A DNA stretch of 64,000 nucleotides, taken from the NCBI RefSeq assembly GCF_009914755.1, contig NC_060947.1; one strand, 5' to 3'. Below are positions 39,493 through 52,134 of the stretch, piece by piece. This stretch comes from the human T2T-CHM13v2.0 reference genome, Homo sapiens. Made by a program: the position numbers and the translations under genes. A model generated the notes under the pieces. It was not told where the DNA came from. It saw only the letters and a program-made list of their open reading frames with translations, and did no database searches. The first letter of the stretch is position 1; each line of letters starts with the position of its first letter.

Positions 39493-39843
39493 TGCTCAGA
39501 GGCTGAATTGTGCCCCCCCCCACAAAAATTCATATATTAAAGCCCTAACTCTCCAAGAACTCCAGAATGTATGTGGAGAATTAGAGTGGGCTCTAATCTA
39601 ATCTGACTGGTATCCCTATAAGAAGAGATTAGGACAGTGGGACACACACAGGGAAGACCATGTGAGGACACAGGGAGAAAATGGTCATCTGCTAAGCCAA
39701 GGAGAGGGGCTTCAGGAGAAATGAACCCTGCCCACACCTTGATCTTGGACTTTCAACTTCCAGAACTGTGAATAAATACGTTCCTGTGGTTTAAGCCACC
39801 CAGCCTATGGTATTTGTTATGACAGCCTGAGCAGACTAGTATA
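39493..39843 (+). mobile_element. MaLR solo LTR (MLT1B-like)
   Basis: ggctgaattgtgcccc ... gaagaccatgtgaggacacagggagaaaatggtcatctgc ... gcctgagcagactagtata. Confidence 0.9.
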
Positions 39844-39994
39844 AGGGGTGTTCATTGCAGCATTATTTATAAGATAAAAATATTAGAAACAACCTAACTG
39901 GCACATCCATGCAGTGGAACATTGTGCATCCATCAAAAGGAATGATATTAAAGCATTTTAAATGATGTGGAGCAATATGTCTGTTCCAATGGGG

Positions 39995-40932
39995 GTAGTA
40001 GACATATCTGATGCCCCACATCACATTCCCACCGGTTTCAGTCACAATGCAGTGCACACTTCCATGGGAGCTATGACTCACCTACCACTGACATCATCTC
40101 CCCTGGAGATTAGGCCTCCTGTCTTTGCATGGTCAGCTCCAGAGCTTTACTCGAAGCTACGGGAGCCCTCCCAGCTGGCCTATAAACACAATCTGGAAGT
40201 GCAGGATTGTTAATGGCTCCAGGAGCAACCCTTGGCTGATGCAGCCAGGGGCCAATGGATAAATACTCCAACCTCCCACCCTTCAGATGGGCAGGCAACT
40301 ATGGAACGCTTTCTAGGCACTTCCCAGGAGGCCCTGACGGAATCAAGTTCTGATTGCCCACAGCAGCTCCTTCAGTAGCATACACTAACATTGATGGTCC
40401 CTTTTTCCCTGTGTCATGCTCCCCACCCCTTCATACCTGCTTCCTGGGATCAGCTCCTGTGTTAGTCAGGGTTCTTCAAAGAAAAGAGAGAGAGAGAGAA
40501 AGAAAGAGATTGATTTTGAGGAATTGGCTCATGTGATTACAAGACTGCCAAGTCCAAAATGTGCAGGGTGGGCTGACAGGCTGGAGACTCAGGGAAGAAC
40601 TGCTGCTGCAGATGAAGGCTGAAGGCCATCTGCTGGCAGAATTCTCTCTTGCTCAGGAGAGGTCAGTTTTTTGTTCTATTCAGACCTTCAACTGATTGGA
40701 TGAGGCCCACCTACATAATGGAGGGCAACCTGCTTTACTCAAAGCCCCCTTATTTAAATGCTAATCTCATCCAAAAAATACCCTTACAGAAACATCCAGA
40801 GTAATGTTTGACCAAATATCTGAGAACCGTGTCTCAGCCAAGTTGACATATAAAATTAACTATCATATCTCCACGATAAACTACCTGCACCAAAATATTG
40901 TCTTGGGCTCTGCTTCCAGGACACCCAAAGAG
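39995..40932 (+). mobile_element. LTR16-type (ERVL) solo LTR, interrupted by MLT2
   Basis: atctggaagtgcaggattgttaatggctccaggagcaaccc ... ggataaatactccaacctccc ... tgcttcctgggatcagctcc | ataaactacctgcacc ... gggctctgcttcc. Confidence 0.8.
40458..40867 (-). mobile_element. MLT2B/C-type solo LTR
   Basis: tgtgttagtcagggttctt ... gaggaattggctcatgtgatta ... ccaagttgacatataaaattaactatcata; TSD gctcc/tctcc. Confidence 0.9.
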
Positions 40933-41189
40933 ATGATACATGAAAAAAGAAAAGGATACAAATGTGTATATATAGTAAAGAAACTATGTATGGAAATATG
41001 CCAAAATGTTAACAGAGTTCTTTCTGGAAGAGGGAATTATGGGTGATTCTCCCCCTTGACTTCTTTGTTTCTGCTTTTCTGTTTTTGTCTAAATAGTCTC
41101 CATCAGCATGCTTGGATAATCAGAAACAGTGATGTATACAGCAGAACAATAAAGGGTTAAATGAGTTAAAAGCAAATTGCTCTTGGAGA

Positions 41190-41430
41190 TAAGAGGGGGA
41201 AGTGAGTCATTATCCTTGAGGTAATTCAAGAGGACTTATTCATGGAGGAGGGGGCATTTGATTTGCCACATAGAAGAATGGATGGGGGCAGACAGCTGGG
41301 GAGGACATTCCAAATTGCAGAAACAATGTGACAAAAATCACAAAAGTCAAAAAGTAGAGGACACATTCAACAAGGATGGAGTCATCCAGTGTGACCAGCC
41401 TATAGGGCTTGTGAAGGACATAGGTGAGTC
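41190..41430 (-). mobile_element. L2 fragment
   Basis: catggaggagggggcatttgatttgcc ... ggaggacattccaaattgcagaaacaatgtgacaaaaatcac. Confidence 0.6.
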
Positions 41431-41813
41431 ACCACATTTACTGGGAGGTCCCAAAGGGGTCTTCTGTATTTGGTGGGCCCCAGAATAAAAAGGTAAAGGA
41501 TGTGTTAGTTACTTCTGCAGACTGGGAGGCTTCAGTGCACAAAAGAACATGGAAGGTTAGTCCTAGTCTGAGGTAGGTCCTTCCTGTATCTTCCTACACT
41601 TCCTTCTTCCTTTCTTCCTTCCTCTTCTGAGAGTGTAGCTTCCCTCTGGGGGAGTAGGAAAAACAGCTTGATTGTTTTCCTCATCTGCTCCCCTCCACTA
41701 CAATCAAATACACATTTCCCCTCCTCCTTCCACCACCACATTCTTTTTCCCACTAAGGTATGTTGTCACTAGCACACATAAGACTTACCTCTCCAGCAGT
41801 GTACAGTTGTACA

Positions 41814-41814
<1 letters not shown>

Positions 41815-41856
<42 letters not shown>

Positions 41857-41890
41857 GTGTGTCTCTGTCTCTGTCTCTGTCTGTTTCTCT
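41815..41890. repeat. (CT)n microsatellite with (TCTCTG)-type extension
   Basis: Pure CT run 41816-41850, then tgtctc units. Confidence 0.95.
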
Positions 41891-42353
41891 CCACCATGTG
41901 TGTGTCTCAGTGCTCTGGAGATGATCCAGATGCTGGTATCAGAGTGAGTGTAAAGATGTGAATGGGAGTCAGAATAGACTAAAAGCATCCAAGGCGTCTA
42001 ACAGGCCAGCAACAAAGTAGAAAGAGTCGGGACTCTGGAACCAAAATGAAAGGAAAGGTAGCAGTGTCATTGCCCTTGTAAGAAAGTGAGAAGTCTCTTT
42101 AGTAGAGGCTTTTGTAAGTGGATCTCTAATGGTGCATTAAAAAGAGAGGTTCCTGTGCAGCTGGGCTAGTTCCTGTGCCTTGCAAAAGGCTGCCTCATTC
42201 TGCACTAAAATAGAAAACAAACTCCAAAGCAAGTCACTCAACCTAAGCTGGCTTTGCAAGGAATAAAGCACAGCTTCCTCTTTGGGGAGACATGAGTAGT
42301 GGGTCAGAGCCTGGGCTAGAAGCCAAAGTTCTTAAATTCAGTTCGGAAGGTTA

Positions 42354-42465
42354 TCTGTCACTTCCAAGTTTTGGCTAGCTCTGAGCCACCTCTGTCACTT
42401 CCAAGTTTTGGCTAGCTCTAAGCCACCTCTGTCACTTCCAAGTTTTGGCTAGCTCTGAGCCACCT
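42354..42465. repeat. 37-bp minisatellite, 3 copies
   Basis: tctgtcacttccaagttttggctagctct(g/a)agccacc at 42354, 42391 and 42428; one mismatch in copy 2. Confidence 0.97.
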
Positions 42466-42897
42466 GAAAGCTGGTAGAGACAGGTGAGCAGCAAAGGAGT
42501 GTGTGGTGACCGTGAGAATGCACCTCACAGATGTCCAACTGCAGGAGGAGGCCTTGACCTGGGGCCCCAGCGAGTGTGCTCTGAAATCCATCTCTGTGTT
42601 TGCACGGGTCCATGCTTCCCACGGACTGTTTATGGCCAGTGACTGAGCTGGCAGGGGTACTAAATTAGGTCATTCCTGGGAGACAGGGGCCTCCTCTGGT
42701 GATTGACTCTTGTTGAGGACTTCCTGATGGCCTTGCCAAGCCTTTCTTATACTGCACGGTGGTCTAGACACTTTAATACAAGCTTCCTTCTCTCTCTTTC
42801 ACTCAGGGTCAGCCTTGCACTGTGGTGTGGTGGTTCTTCAGACTTCCTGGGCTACCTCCTCATTTTTCTCACAGGAATTTCTTATAAAGAAAATCCT

Positions 42898-43238
<341 letters not shown>

Positions 43239-43677
43239 AAAGAAAATCCTTGGATAATAATCCCATCTTGGCCTCTGCTCGTGGAAGGGCATAACGCAGT
43301 GTAAGGACTTCATGTGGTGACATTCCCATTAGCTAGGCTGAGAGAGAGGACCAGACCGTAGCCCTCCACAGCCCCAGCTGGTCTGTCTGAGATGAAGTTC
43401 CAGGAGGAACAATTAAGTGATAAATAAGAACCATGCTGCAGCCTGAACCTTCAGGTGCTCACGTGTTCCCCAGCCCAGGGTGATTACCAATGCCAAATGC
43501 CACTCCCATCCTACCCAAGATGTATGCAGTGGGGCTCAGTAAACTCCTTTCCCTCTCTCTCTATCTCCTACCACTAACCATCCCCTTCCTTCTGCCTTCT
43601 TCCCCGAGTAACCTCAGCTCCCCTACCAAGGGCCCCAAGGACAGCCGCATGACTCAGGGACTATGCAAGAGCCTCCT

Positions 43678-43925
43678 TTCCATCACCAGCACCTCTACCA
43701 TCCACACCTGCAGCATCAAAACCTCCGCTTCCACCATCACCACCCTCATCTCCACCAACTCCACTACCACCACTACCATCATTACTATCTCCCCATCCAT
43801 CATCACCATCACTTCCATCACCTCCACCCCAACCTTCACTACCTTCCACCATCATTACTTCTACCAACATCATCTCTTCTGCCTCCACCTCCACTTCCAC
43901 CCCACCCTATAATTTCCTCTACCAC
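43678..43925. repeat. Degenerate (CAC/CAT)n trinucleotide low-complexity tract
   Basis: caccatcaccaccctcatctccaccaactccactaccaccactaccatcatt...; yields His/Thr/Pro-rich spurious ORFs. Confidence 0.9.
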
Positions 43926-45384
43926 TTTCTGTAAGACTCCAGAAAATGCTCTGAGCATTATATTGTGCCACAACTGGCCATGTGATGGTATGGTGGAGCC
44001 ATGACTTCAATTCCTGCATCTACCTACTGCTCACAGGCTGTGTGACCCAGAAGAGATCTGTCTGGCTGTAAGCATCAGCTTCCCAATTTATTAATTGGGA
44101 GGTGTGTTAGTCCCTTTGCATACTATTTTATTCTTTATAAAAATTTATGAAGAAATTACCCAGTCTCAGGTATTCTGGGGGTATTCAGGTATTCTGGGAA
44201 GCTTTTATCCACCCTCCACAGGATTTTTTTTATTTTCTCAGTAGACTATTTCTCCTTCTCTCCCTCAATTTTAAGATCAACAACTAAATCAGGTTCAGGG
44301 CCATCAACATAATTAATGCCATTTTTGGTGGGCTCTGAGGTTTGGAGTGTTGTCACTCCTGACTAGCCCTTCACTGTGAGCAGGATTCTGGTCCAGAAGC
44401 CAAGTTGAGGCTGTCAGTGGCTGTGGCATTAGGTGAGGCCCCTTGGAGGGGGTGGCCCTAACCGCAGCCTCCGTCTTAAGCAGACGCCCTCCAGAAGCTT
44501 GGAGGCTTCCCAAGCCGGAAGCCCCCATCCACCTTCCAGGGCAGCCTTGGAGCTGGCTCTTCCAATGGGCTCCAGGAAAACCTGCTTCCGCAGCTTGCAA
44601 CTGAAGTGCTCATCTTGGGGATCCAAGCGGGGCTTCTTGTTTCTAGCTGTTGTCAGTTGGATGACATGGGGGGCAGGCTCCTCTTGTCTCTCAATTTCTA
44701 GCTCCTAGGCCCCTGAGCAGCACAGATATGGCCAGTCACCTGATTCCAGGGGAGCTGAGAAGTGGGGCTTTCACCACAGCCAGTCCTGCTCCTCCTTCCT
44801 GTGCCCCGTTAGTAGTATGACTAAGTGACAATTACCTAACTCTCCCATTTGAAGTTGGGATAGAAAATGTTGTGGCTGAAGTATTTCTATTTCTCACTTT
44901 CCAAGCTCGCCAGGGCATCCGCATGTAAGAGCTCTCACTCTATTTCTGGCTGGGTGCTTCGTGAATGAAACAGGATATTCTGCCAACTTCAGAGCACACC
45001 TTTTATCATGCACTGCGAGATCGGCTGACTTGCCTATCCTCTCCCCAATCCCCCCAGTCAGCAATATGCCAGCTCCCAGCGGGTGGAGAGCAGGAAGTCA
45101 CTGAGCTAGCCGACTTGTATGGGGCTCCTAAATTCCCCTGAAGCAAGGGCAGAGAACACACTTCCTTCGATGACAAGAGACCTGAATGCTGATAATGGGA
45201 GTTTCCTGCCTGCTTGGCTTCTAGCTTTCTCTCATTCTCCTTGGGCATTGAGCAGGGAGCAGAGATCTGGGCTTTTGCATGGTACCCCAACCCCTGGCTG
45301 GCTCTTCTCCCTTCTCCTTGCTAGCCAAGAGTGCCAATTCAGAGCCTCTTCTTCCTTATAACAGATGCAATGCTTCTAAAGCCT

Positions 45385-45510
45385 AGTATAGCTCTGTCAC
45401 GAATGAGTTGTGTGGTCTTTGGACAAAACATTTCACCTCTCTTGCCTCCATTTGCTCATCTGTGAAAGGGAAGAAATACCTACCTCACTGGATTTTGTAG
45501 AATAATAGTG
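45385..45510 (+). mobile_element. MIR fragment
   Basis: ctctcttgcctccatttgctcatctgtgaaagggaagaaatacctacctcactgg. Confidence 0.75.
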
Positions 45511-46565
45511 AGACTCCATTGGGCACATGGACCTCAATCCACACCTTTTGTCTTCAAATTGAAATGCTTCATAATGCCTATTTAAGTCTACTATAGACCG
45601 TATGCTGTACTCAGGCTGTCTTGAGAGCTGAGACATGAGCAGCTGCATTGGAAGATATTTATTATGAGATGACATCATATTCTTGCATGCAAAGGTCAGC
45701 CCATGGTTGGGATTCCTGCCTTTGTTGTTTTCTACCTTGGGAGTTTCAGGGTCATTACCCACATCCATCTGGGTTTGCCAAGCTTGGGCTGTAGCTAAAT
45801 TTCTTTGCCAAACACACGTTCCCTCAGCTTGGGAAACAAGTTGATTGGAAGGCAGATTTCATCTCTGTGTGTTTGCCTTATTTACACTAAAACCCTCGAA
45901 GTTGGACCTCATGGTGAAATCATTTCGGGAATTGCTAGAGAAGTCCTCATCCTTTCCTAGCCATCAGCCCCTCTTTGCAAAGGGCCCAGCACCAAAGATC
46001 GGCAATGCCACTGTCCATGCCAACCCTGGCCAAGTGGAACAGACTGAAGGTACATAGGGGCAGGACCAGGCCTGGCTCTTCCCCCAGGAGCTAGCATGGA
46101 GGCTCCCACATCCTTCCCATGGGACCGTTTGAATCCCCTTCATTGGCTAGAGGAAAGTCTCAGTCTCTCTCTGGGAAAACTGTGCTCTGTCATGAGGAGA
46201 GAAATTGCCCTGATGAGTGAGCTGCATTTTTCTTGGCTATAAGCTAAAGGGTGCAGGTGCTGCCAAGCACTAGGGTAGGTATGGGTGAGAACAGAAAAGA
46301 AAACTAGTTGTTTCTTGTAATGAGGTAAATACAACTACAAGACCTCAGCACAGAATGCATTAGCAGCTTTTTTTAAGGGGTGTTGCTGTGAGAAGGTTTG
46401 AATGATTCCAGTTCTTGAGTCCACCAAAGGCAGGCCTGGGTCTGATGGCCTTTGCCTTCTCACCCCTCCTCTGCTTCATGCCACACATCACTTGCTGCCC
46501 TGCAAAGAGACCTCCAGGCTCTCATGGACTTCAGAAGCCCATCCTGGGGGTCTAGAGAAAAATCA

Positions 46566-46797
46566 ACAGGGGTTCACAGATAAAGGTTTTCTGAGGTCAA
46601 AGCAGCTGGGAAAACCCTGCAGATTCCACTGTTGCCTTGGAGAATCCCAATGCACATGGCAAAGAAAAGGCCCTGAGAAGTCCTGCAGTTTAACTTTGTT
46701 GAATTTAGCATTTATCAAGTGAGTTTCAACTGGAAAATTTTGCTGTGACACCCCTGTTAACAAAGTGTCAGTGGTATGTGATGTGGGAAACAGGGCT
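46566..46797. mobile_element. hAT-Charlie (Charlie4-like) fragment
   Basis: aaggccctgagaagtcctgcagtttaactttgttgaatttagcattt; a related copy lies at 62770-63062. Confidence 0.6.
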
Positions 46798-47280
46798 GGA
46801 CAGTATGTGTAGGGATTCCAGAAAGGGCATAGAGCTAGGAGTCAACACACCTCGATTCCAATCCTAGCCCCGTCACTGACTCACTAGGCAACTTTGAGCA
46901 AATCCCAATCCCGTCTGGGCTTCTGTTGCACCTCATGGCTCTGAGAGTCTGTGCTAAGAGGAAAAAGCGGAGAAAGTCAACTGTGGGGCATGCATAGGAG
47001 TCCAGAGTACCTGGTCCCAGGCCTGACTGTCACTTTCTTGTTCTGTGATAGGTGAGCTCTTTGCCCTCTCAAGGCCTCGGATTCCTCTCGGAGAAATGAG
47101 GAGTTGAGCTAGATGGGCTCTACTCTGTGGTTCCTCTGGTCCCGCTGGGATATCATGCATTGGAAGGGACCTGTGCTGGCCTGGTGCCTTAGGACCCTGG
47201 TTCAGGGCACTGGTTTGAGACAAGCTCCACTCCACATCCACTTACAGAAAGGAGCTGTGGCTCTTTCTCTCCATAACTTT

Positions 47281-47574
47281 TTTTTTTTTTTTTTGAGATG
47301 GAGTCTTGCTCTGTTGCCCAGGCTGGAGTGAAGTGGCCCAATCTTGGCTCACCACAGCCTCCGCCTCCCAGGTTCAAGTGATTCTCCTGCCTCAGCCTCC
47401 CGAGTAGCTGGGACTATAGGCGTGTGCCACTGTGCCCAGCTAATTTTTGTATTTTTAGTAGAAACGGGGTTTCACTATGTTGGCCAGGCTGGTATTGAAC
47501 TCCTGACCTCATGATCCGCCTGCCTCAGCCTCCCACAGTGCTGGGATTACAGGCATGAGCCACCATGCCCAGCC
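47281..47574 (-). mobile_element. AluS (Sg-like), antisense
   Basis: Poly(T) then gagatggagtcttgctctgttgccc ... gagccaccatgcccagcc; TSD ttctctccataacttt/ttctccccataacttt (15/16). Confidence 0.95.
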
Positions 47575-47689
47575 TTCTCCCCATAACTTTCTAAGGGACT
47601 AGATCGAAGGAGAGCCCTCTCTTGGTTCTCATTGATTCCATGGAGGGACAGGGCCCAAGGTAGAGTTTCCTGCGTGGGCTACAACCCCA

Positions 47690-48156
47690 TTTTTAGGGGT
47701 TGGATTATGTCCTCCCAAAATTCCTATGTTGAAGTCCTAAGCCCCAGTACCTCAGAATGTGACTTTATTTGGAAATAGGGTCATTGTAGATGTAATCAGT
47801 TCAGATGAGGTCATACAGGAATAGGGCGGGTCCATAATCCAATGTGACTGGTGTCCTCATATAAAGGGGAAATTTGGAAACCAGCACCACAGGGAAAATG
47901 CTGTGTGAAAACAAAGGCAGAGGTCTGAATGATGCTCCTACAAGACAAGAAACCTGAAAGAGGGCCAGCAAACCCCCAGAAGCTAGGGGAGAGACATGGA
48001 ACAGACTCTCCCTCATAGCCCTTAGGAGGAATCAACCCAGCTGACACACCTTGACCTCAGACTTGCAGCCTCCAGAACTAGGAGGCAGTACACTTCTGTT
48101 GTTGAAGCCATTCAGTTTGTGGCATTTTGTTATGGCAGCCACAGCAAACTCATATG
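47690..48156 (+). mobile_element. MaLR solo LTR (MLT1B/C-like)
   Basis: gtcctcccaaaattcctatgttgaagtcctaagccccagtacctcagaatgtgac ... gttatggcagccacagcaaactcata. Confidence 0.9.
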
Positions 48157-48359
48157 GCCATGTCCTTGTCCCCACCTCTGACGTGGTCCTGCCACCCATG
48201 CTTGGTAGATGGTATGAGGACTGTATGCAGGCCATGCTTCCTATACCTTCAGGCCACGAAAGCTTGACCAAGAGGTTTTCAATCGATTAAGTGGCAGCTA
48301 GCCTGGCCAGCCAGAAGCTGACCTGCTCTGCTTTAGACAGTGCAGGATGAAAACCCTAA

Positions 48360-49265
48360 AAAAATGCTCAACATTTTGACCCATTAATTCTATCTCTGGG
48401 ATTCTGTCCTGAGAAATTTGCCTAGATACAGAAAAGCTTCATACCAAGAAAGGTCCACATCAGTTTAAAATAGAGAAAAAGCAAGAGCCAACTATGTTTC
48501 CAACAGGTGGGACTGCTTAAAACAATGATGCTTCACCCATTTGATTAGAAGAGTATTGCCTTAGCTCGCATTCTCCCCAAAAGTAGAGTCTGAGACAAGT
48601 TTCTTTTGGGAAATGGTTCCAGGGAATAGGAGGGAAGGACGGGAAAAAACGAAAGAGGAAAAGAGGAAAAGCCAATCTAAGGTGTATTACTGAGTTGCTC
48701 ACTGCTGTGGGCAAGTAAAGCTCAGATCCACTGGGAATTCTCTGAGGATCCAATGGAATGCACCTTGGATTGTTTGCCCAAGACATGGAAGAAAAGAGTA
48801 TTTATCTTTTCATCAAAGTTTGCCTCAGTGAATATTGACTCTCATGTTTCCAGGTTTGTACATGTGGCAAGAATGATTTAGCAGACTGCCACAGTAAAAT
48901 GACTCTGGGGAAGAAAGTAGGGGCACACTGATGCAGCTGAGGGTATGAGGATAAAAGCTGGTGACACAGATATGCAGCCATTATGAAGAAGACCTGACTG
49001 TGTGGAACACACTTATGATATGTTAAGGAAGAGAACACGGTACACCCTTGAAAGTTTGGTGGGATCACATATGTACATAATAACCTAAAACGTGTGCAAA
49101 GAAAACAGACAGGAAGGAAATATGATGAAGAGTTAACAGTTTATTTATCTCTAAGTAGTGAGATCATTTGTGGTTCTCTTTCCTTTTCATTTCCTTCTTT
49201 GCATGTATCTGTATTTCCTGGTTTCTTTAACAAACAGGTATTACTTTTAAAATGAAAAAGAGTTA
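48360..49265 (+). mobile_element. L1ME-type 3' fragments (48360-48555, ~48980-49265) flanking an LTR16
   Basis: ttttgacccattaattctatctctgggattctgtcctgagaaat; aggaaggaaatatgatgaagagttaacagt. Confidence 0.6.
48556..48975 (-). mobile_element. LTR16-type solo LTR
   Basis: ccccaaaagtagagtctgagacaag ... gaggaaaagccaatctaaggtgtattactgagttgctcactgctgtgggcaag. Confidence 0.75.
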
Positions 49266-49269
49266 ATGA

Positions 49270-49638
49270 AGTAGTTTTCACACTTGAGTGGGCACGGAAT
49301 CACGTGGAGTGGTTGTAAAAACACAGTTGATGGACAGAAGCCTGGCTTCATGAGTGTGCACCCCATGCAGTCACACAGGGCCCTTGCTCAGATGGGCCCC
49401 ATGCTTGGTTTGATGCTTTGCTGTCACCATCTTGAAATGCTTAATAATTTTTGAACAACAGACTGCATTTTCATTTTGCTGTGAGCCCCACAAGTTATGG
49501 TAGTCAGTCTTGGCTGGGCCCTATACCCAGAATCTCTGCTTCAATAATCTGGAGGCAGGGCCTGAGAATTTGAATTTCTAAGATGCTCTAGGTGATACTA
49601 ATACTACTGGTTTGTGAACCGTACTTTGAGAACCATGG
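49270..49638. mobile_element. MER5A (hAT-Charlie MITE) interrupted by MER91A
   Basis: agtagttttcacacttgagtgggcacggaatcacgtggag ... gggcctgagaatttgaatttcta ... actttgagaaccatgg. Confidence 0.85.
49335..49512. mobile_element. MER91A-like (hAT-Tip100 MITE)
   Basis: ggcttcatgagtgtgcaccccatgcagtcacacagggccc ... gcttggtttgatgctttgctgtcaccatcttgaaatgcttaataattttt. Confidence 0.8.
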
Positions 49639-49859
49639 TATAAGAATAATAAAAAAGATTGCACTGACTAAACAGCTCCCAGGTGCATTTAAGAATGTAT
49701 TTATAGACCATTAAGTACTTTGGAGTAGAGAAAATGTATTGAAGATCAATCAGAAATGAAAATATGGTGGCTCCCAAATGAGAATGCAAGTCAATGAGAA
49801 ATCCCAAAGTGTGGTTCAGTGATAATAGGTCCCTCAGAGGATGGCAACCTGGCACTGGT

Positions 49860-50000
49860 CTTGACACACCCACTTTGGGCTTCCATCTCTGGTCAGCTCC
49901 TTTCCAACTGAGCAACACTGGGCAAGCTGCCCTCAGTCTGTCATCACTTGTGAAATGGGATAACAAGACCTGCCTCACAGAGTTTTGGGTGACAGTTGAG
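49860..50000 (+). mobile_element. MIR fragment
   Basis: ctgggcaagctgccctcagtctgtcatcacttgtgaaatgggataacaagacctgcctcacagag. Confidence 0.7.
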
Positions 50001-51174
50001 GGCCTTGAAGTCCTAACTCATGATTCCTTGGGACACATGGCTCCTTGGGGAGCCCCAGCTCCCCCATCTCTTCTCCACTAGACCTTGAGTTCTCGCTGAG
50101 AGCAGGGACCCCCGCTCTGACCTTCTGGGGTCTGCTGGAGGGCAAGGTTGTTGAGAGGCTCCAGAGGATAAAGCTAGGACCCTGGATGGGAGGTAGTGGT
50201 GGTAAAACTACTTCCTACAACACCAGGACTCTCCTGCAGTTAGAATCCCCCAGGAAGGCCCCAGCTGCCCTGGGAGTGCCTGTGGGCTTCCCAATGAGCC
50301 AGAGCTTGGAAAAGGGGACCACACCCATCTTCTTGAGTTAGTGTTCTGAAAGGTGCTAGAATTACACCTGTGGCATTGCCCAAAAGGAGGTCCTGGCAGC
50401 AAGAAGAAAGGACAGGGTACAGATGTGGAAGCATCTGTCTCCCAACCCACCCCTGGCCTTCTCCTCCCAGATGCAAGTTGGGTGAGATGGAAGCACATGG
50501 CTCCCTCTCCTGCTGTGGCTGGTTTCCCTGTGGGGGTATCATGCGAAGGCAAAGATGACGTGGCCATCCATGTGAACTGAGGTGCCTCTCAGCCACTGCC
50601 CTTGTCACAGGCTGGCAATTGTCAGTGCTAATCTGAGTAGCTGGGAAATAAGACTTGTGTTAACACTTTGTGTTATTCAAACAGGTCTTTCAGGGGCCAG
50701 TGAAGAAATTCACTTTGCCACACTTGCTGCCATGCCAGCAGGCTAATTGTGTGTTGCTTGTGCCTGCTATTGAATCAGGTCTCTTTGGCTGTTCGACTCA
50801 TAAATCAGGGCCAACAATCCCAGCCAACAGGGAGAGCCAGCTGCTGCTAAGCAAGAGCTGCAGGCCCCACCTTAATCTGACATTGACCCAGTTAGGTGAC
50901 CTTGGGCGAAAGCCCTATCCTTTTCTGAGTCTTAGTGTCCAGGTCTGCTGGGGCCTTGGGACACAGATGTTGCAAACTCCCTGGGTTTCAAGGAATATGA
51001 TGGGACAGAGAGGCTGTTTAGCCACAGCAGTTCCATGTGTTCTGTGAGCTCACTGCCCCAGAGGCATTCTGGCCAAAATTTGGGGATCAATGCCCAGGCA
51101 GGGGTGCTAGAAAAAGCATCACTGCTGGAGCTGCAGGCCACTGGAAGATGCTGACACCCAGGCTGGCCCAGGGG

Positions 51175-51227
51175 AGTCAGTGATGGAAGTCAGTGATGGA
51201 AGGTAAGTCAGTGATGGAAGGTGAGTC
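51175..51227. repeat. Short tandem repeat AGTCAGTGATGGA x3
   Basis: Copies at 51175, 51188 and 51206. Confidence 0.9.
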
Positions 51228-51324
51228 CAGCCTGATCTAGAATAGCACCTTCCTTCCCCAGCACTGAATGGCTGCAGAGGAATCTGCCCTCCAATCTGGG
51301 AAATTCCATCCCTTCAGCAGCAGT

Positions 51325-51530
51325 TGGGGAGCACACAGCCCAGAGTCCAGCAGGCCTGAAGCCAGTCCTTGTGCTATCACATCTCCTCTGGGTGAACATA
51401 GGCATAATCCTCGTCTGTAAAATAGGCATTATAGTAAGAGCTTTCCAAAACCATGGAGACTGTTCTATGAATCAAGGGAGACAATCAGTGGCAACCCCAG
51501 AGCACAATGCCTGGCATACAGTAAGAGCTT
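51325..51530 (+). mobile_element. MIR SINE
   Basis: tcctcgtctgtaaaataggcattatag ... gagcacaatgcctggcatacagtaagagct. Confidence 0.7.
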
Positions 51531-51547
51531 AAGAGCCAATTCCTTTC

Positions 51548-52006
51548 TGGATCGGTTTCCTAGGGCTGCTGTAACAAATTACCTCCAACTTGGTGGCTTA
51601 AAACAACACACATTTATGCTCTTACTGCTCTGGATATCAGAAGTCTGAAATGGGTCACACTGGGCTAAAATCAGGGCACCAGCAGGCTGTGTTCCTTCTG
51701 AAGGCTCTAAGGGAGAATCTGTTTCCTCGCCTTTTCCAGCTTCTAGAGGCCACCTGTGTTCCTTGGCTTGTGGCCTTTCCTCAAATCACTCCACTCTCTT
51801 GCTTCCATCCTCACATCTCCTGCTACTGACACTGACCCTACTGTGCCCCTCTCATGATTACATTAGGACTCATCCGGATAATCCAGGATGATCTCGCCAT
51901 GTCAAGAGTCTTGATTTAATTCTACCTGCAGAGTCCCCTTTGCCTTGGAAGGTAACATACTCCCAGGCTCTGGGGTGTGGGGAGAGGCATTGTTCTACCA
52001 ACCACA
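51548..52006 (-). mobile_element. MaLR solo LTR (MLT1D-like)
   Basis: gtttcctagggctgctgtaacaaattacc ... ggataatccaggatgatctc ... cattgttctaccaaccaca. Confidence 0.9.
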
Positions 52007-52134
52007 TCTTCTCTCCTCTCTCTAGGGTTCCTATTCCTGATCAGGCCAGTTTGGAGCAAACTCAGGGGGCTCAGAGCCAGAAGAGCCCTTAGAGGCCACC
52101 TATTGTGTTTGGCTCTGTCTATTCCAGCTCCCTG

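Larger units (their letters stand above)
39845..41130 (+). mobile_element. L1ME-type 3' fragment (39845-39980 and ~40930-41130) split by LTR16/MLT2
   Basis: gtgttcattgcagcattatttataa ... gaaacaaccta; resumes ggaaatatgccaaaatgttaacagagttctttctggaagagggaattatgggtgatt. Confidence 0.7.

Noticed and set aside
42354-42465. CRISPR-like 37-bp repeats
   Set aside because: Head-to-tail copies with no unique spacers, eukaryotic context, no cas genes; it is a minisatellite.
43490-44004. His-rich or mucin-like Thr/Ser-rich ORFs
   Set aside because: All frames on both strands are open because of a degenerate CAC/CAT repeat; no splice or domain context.
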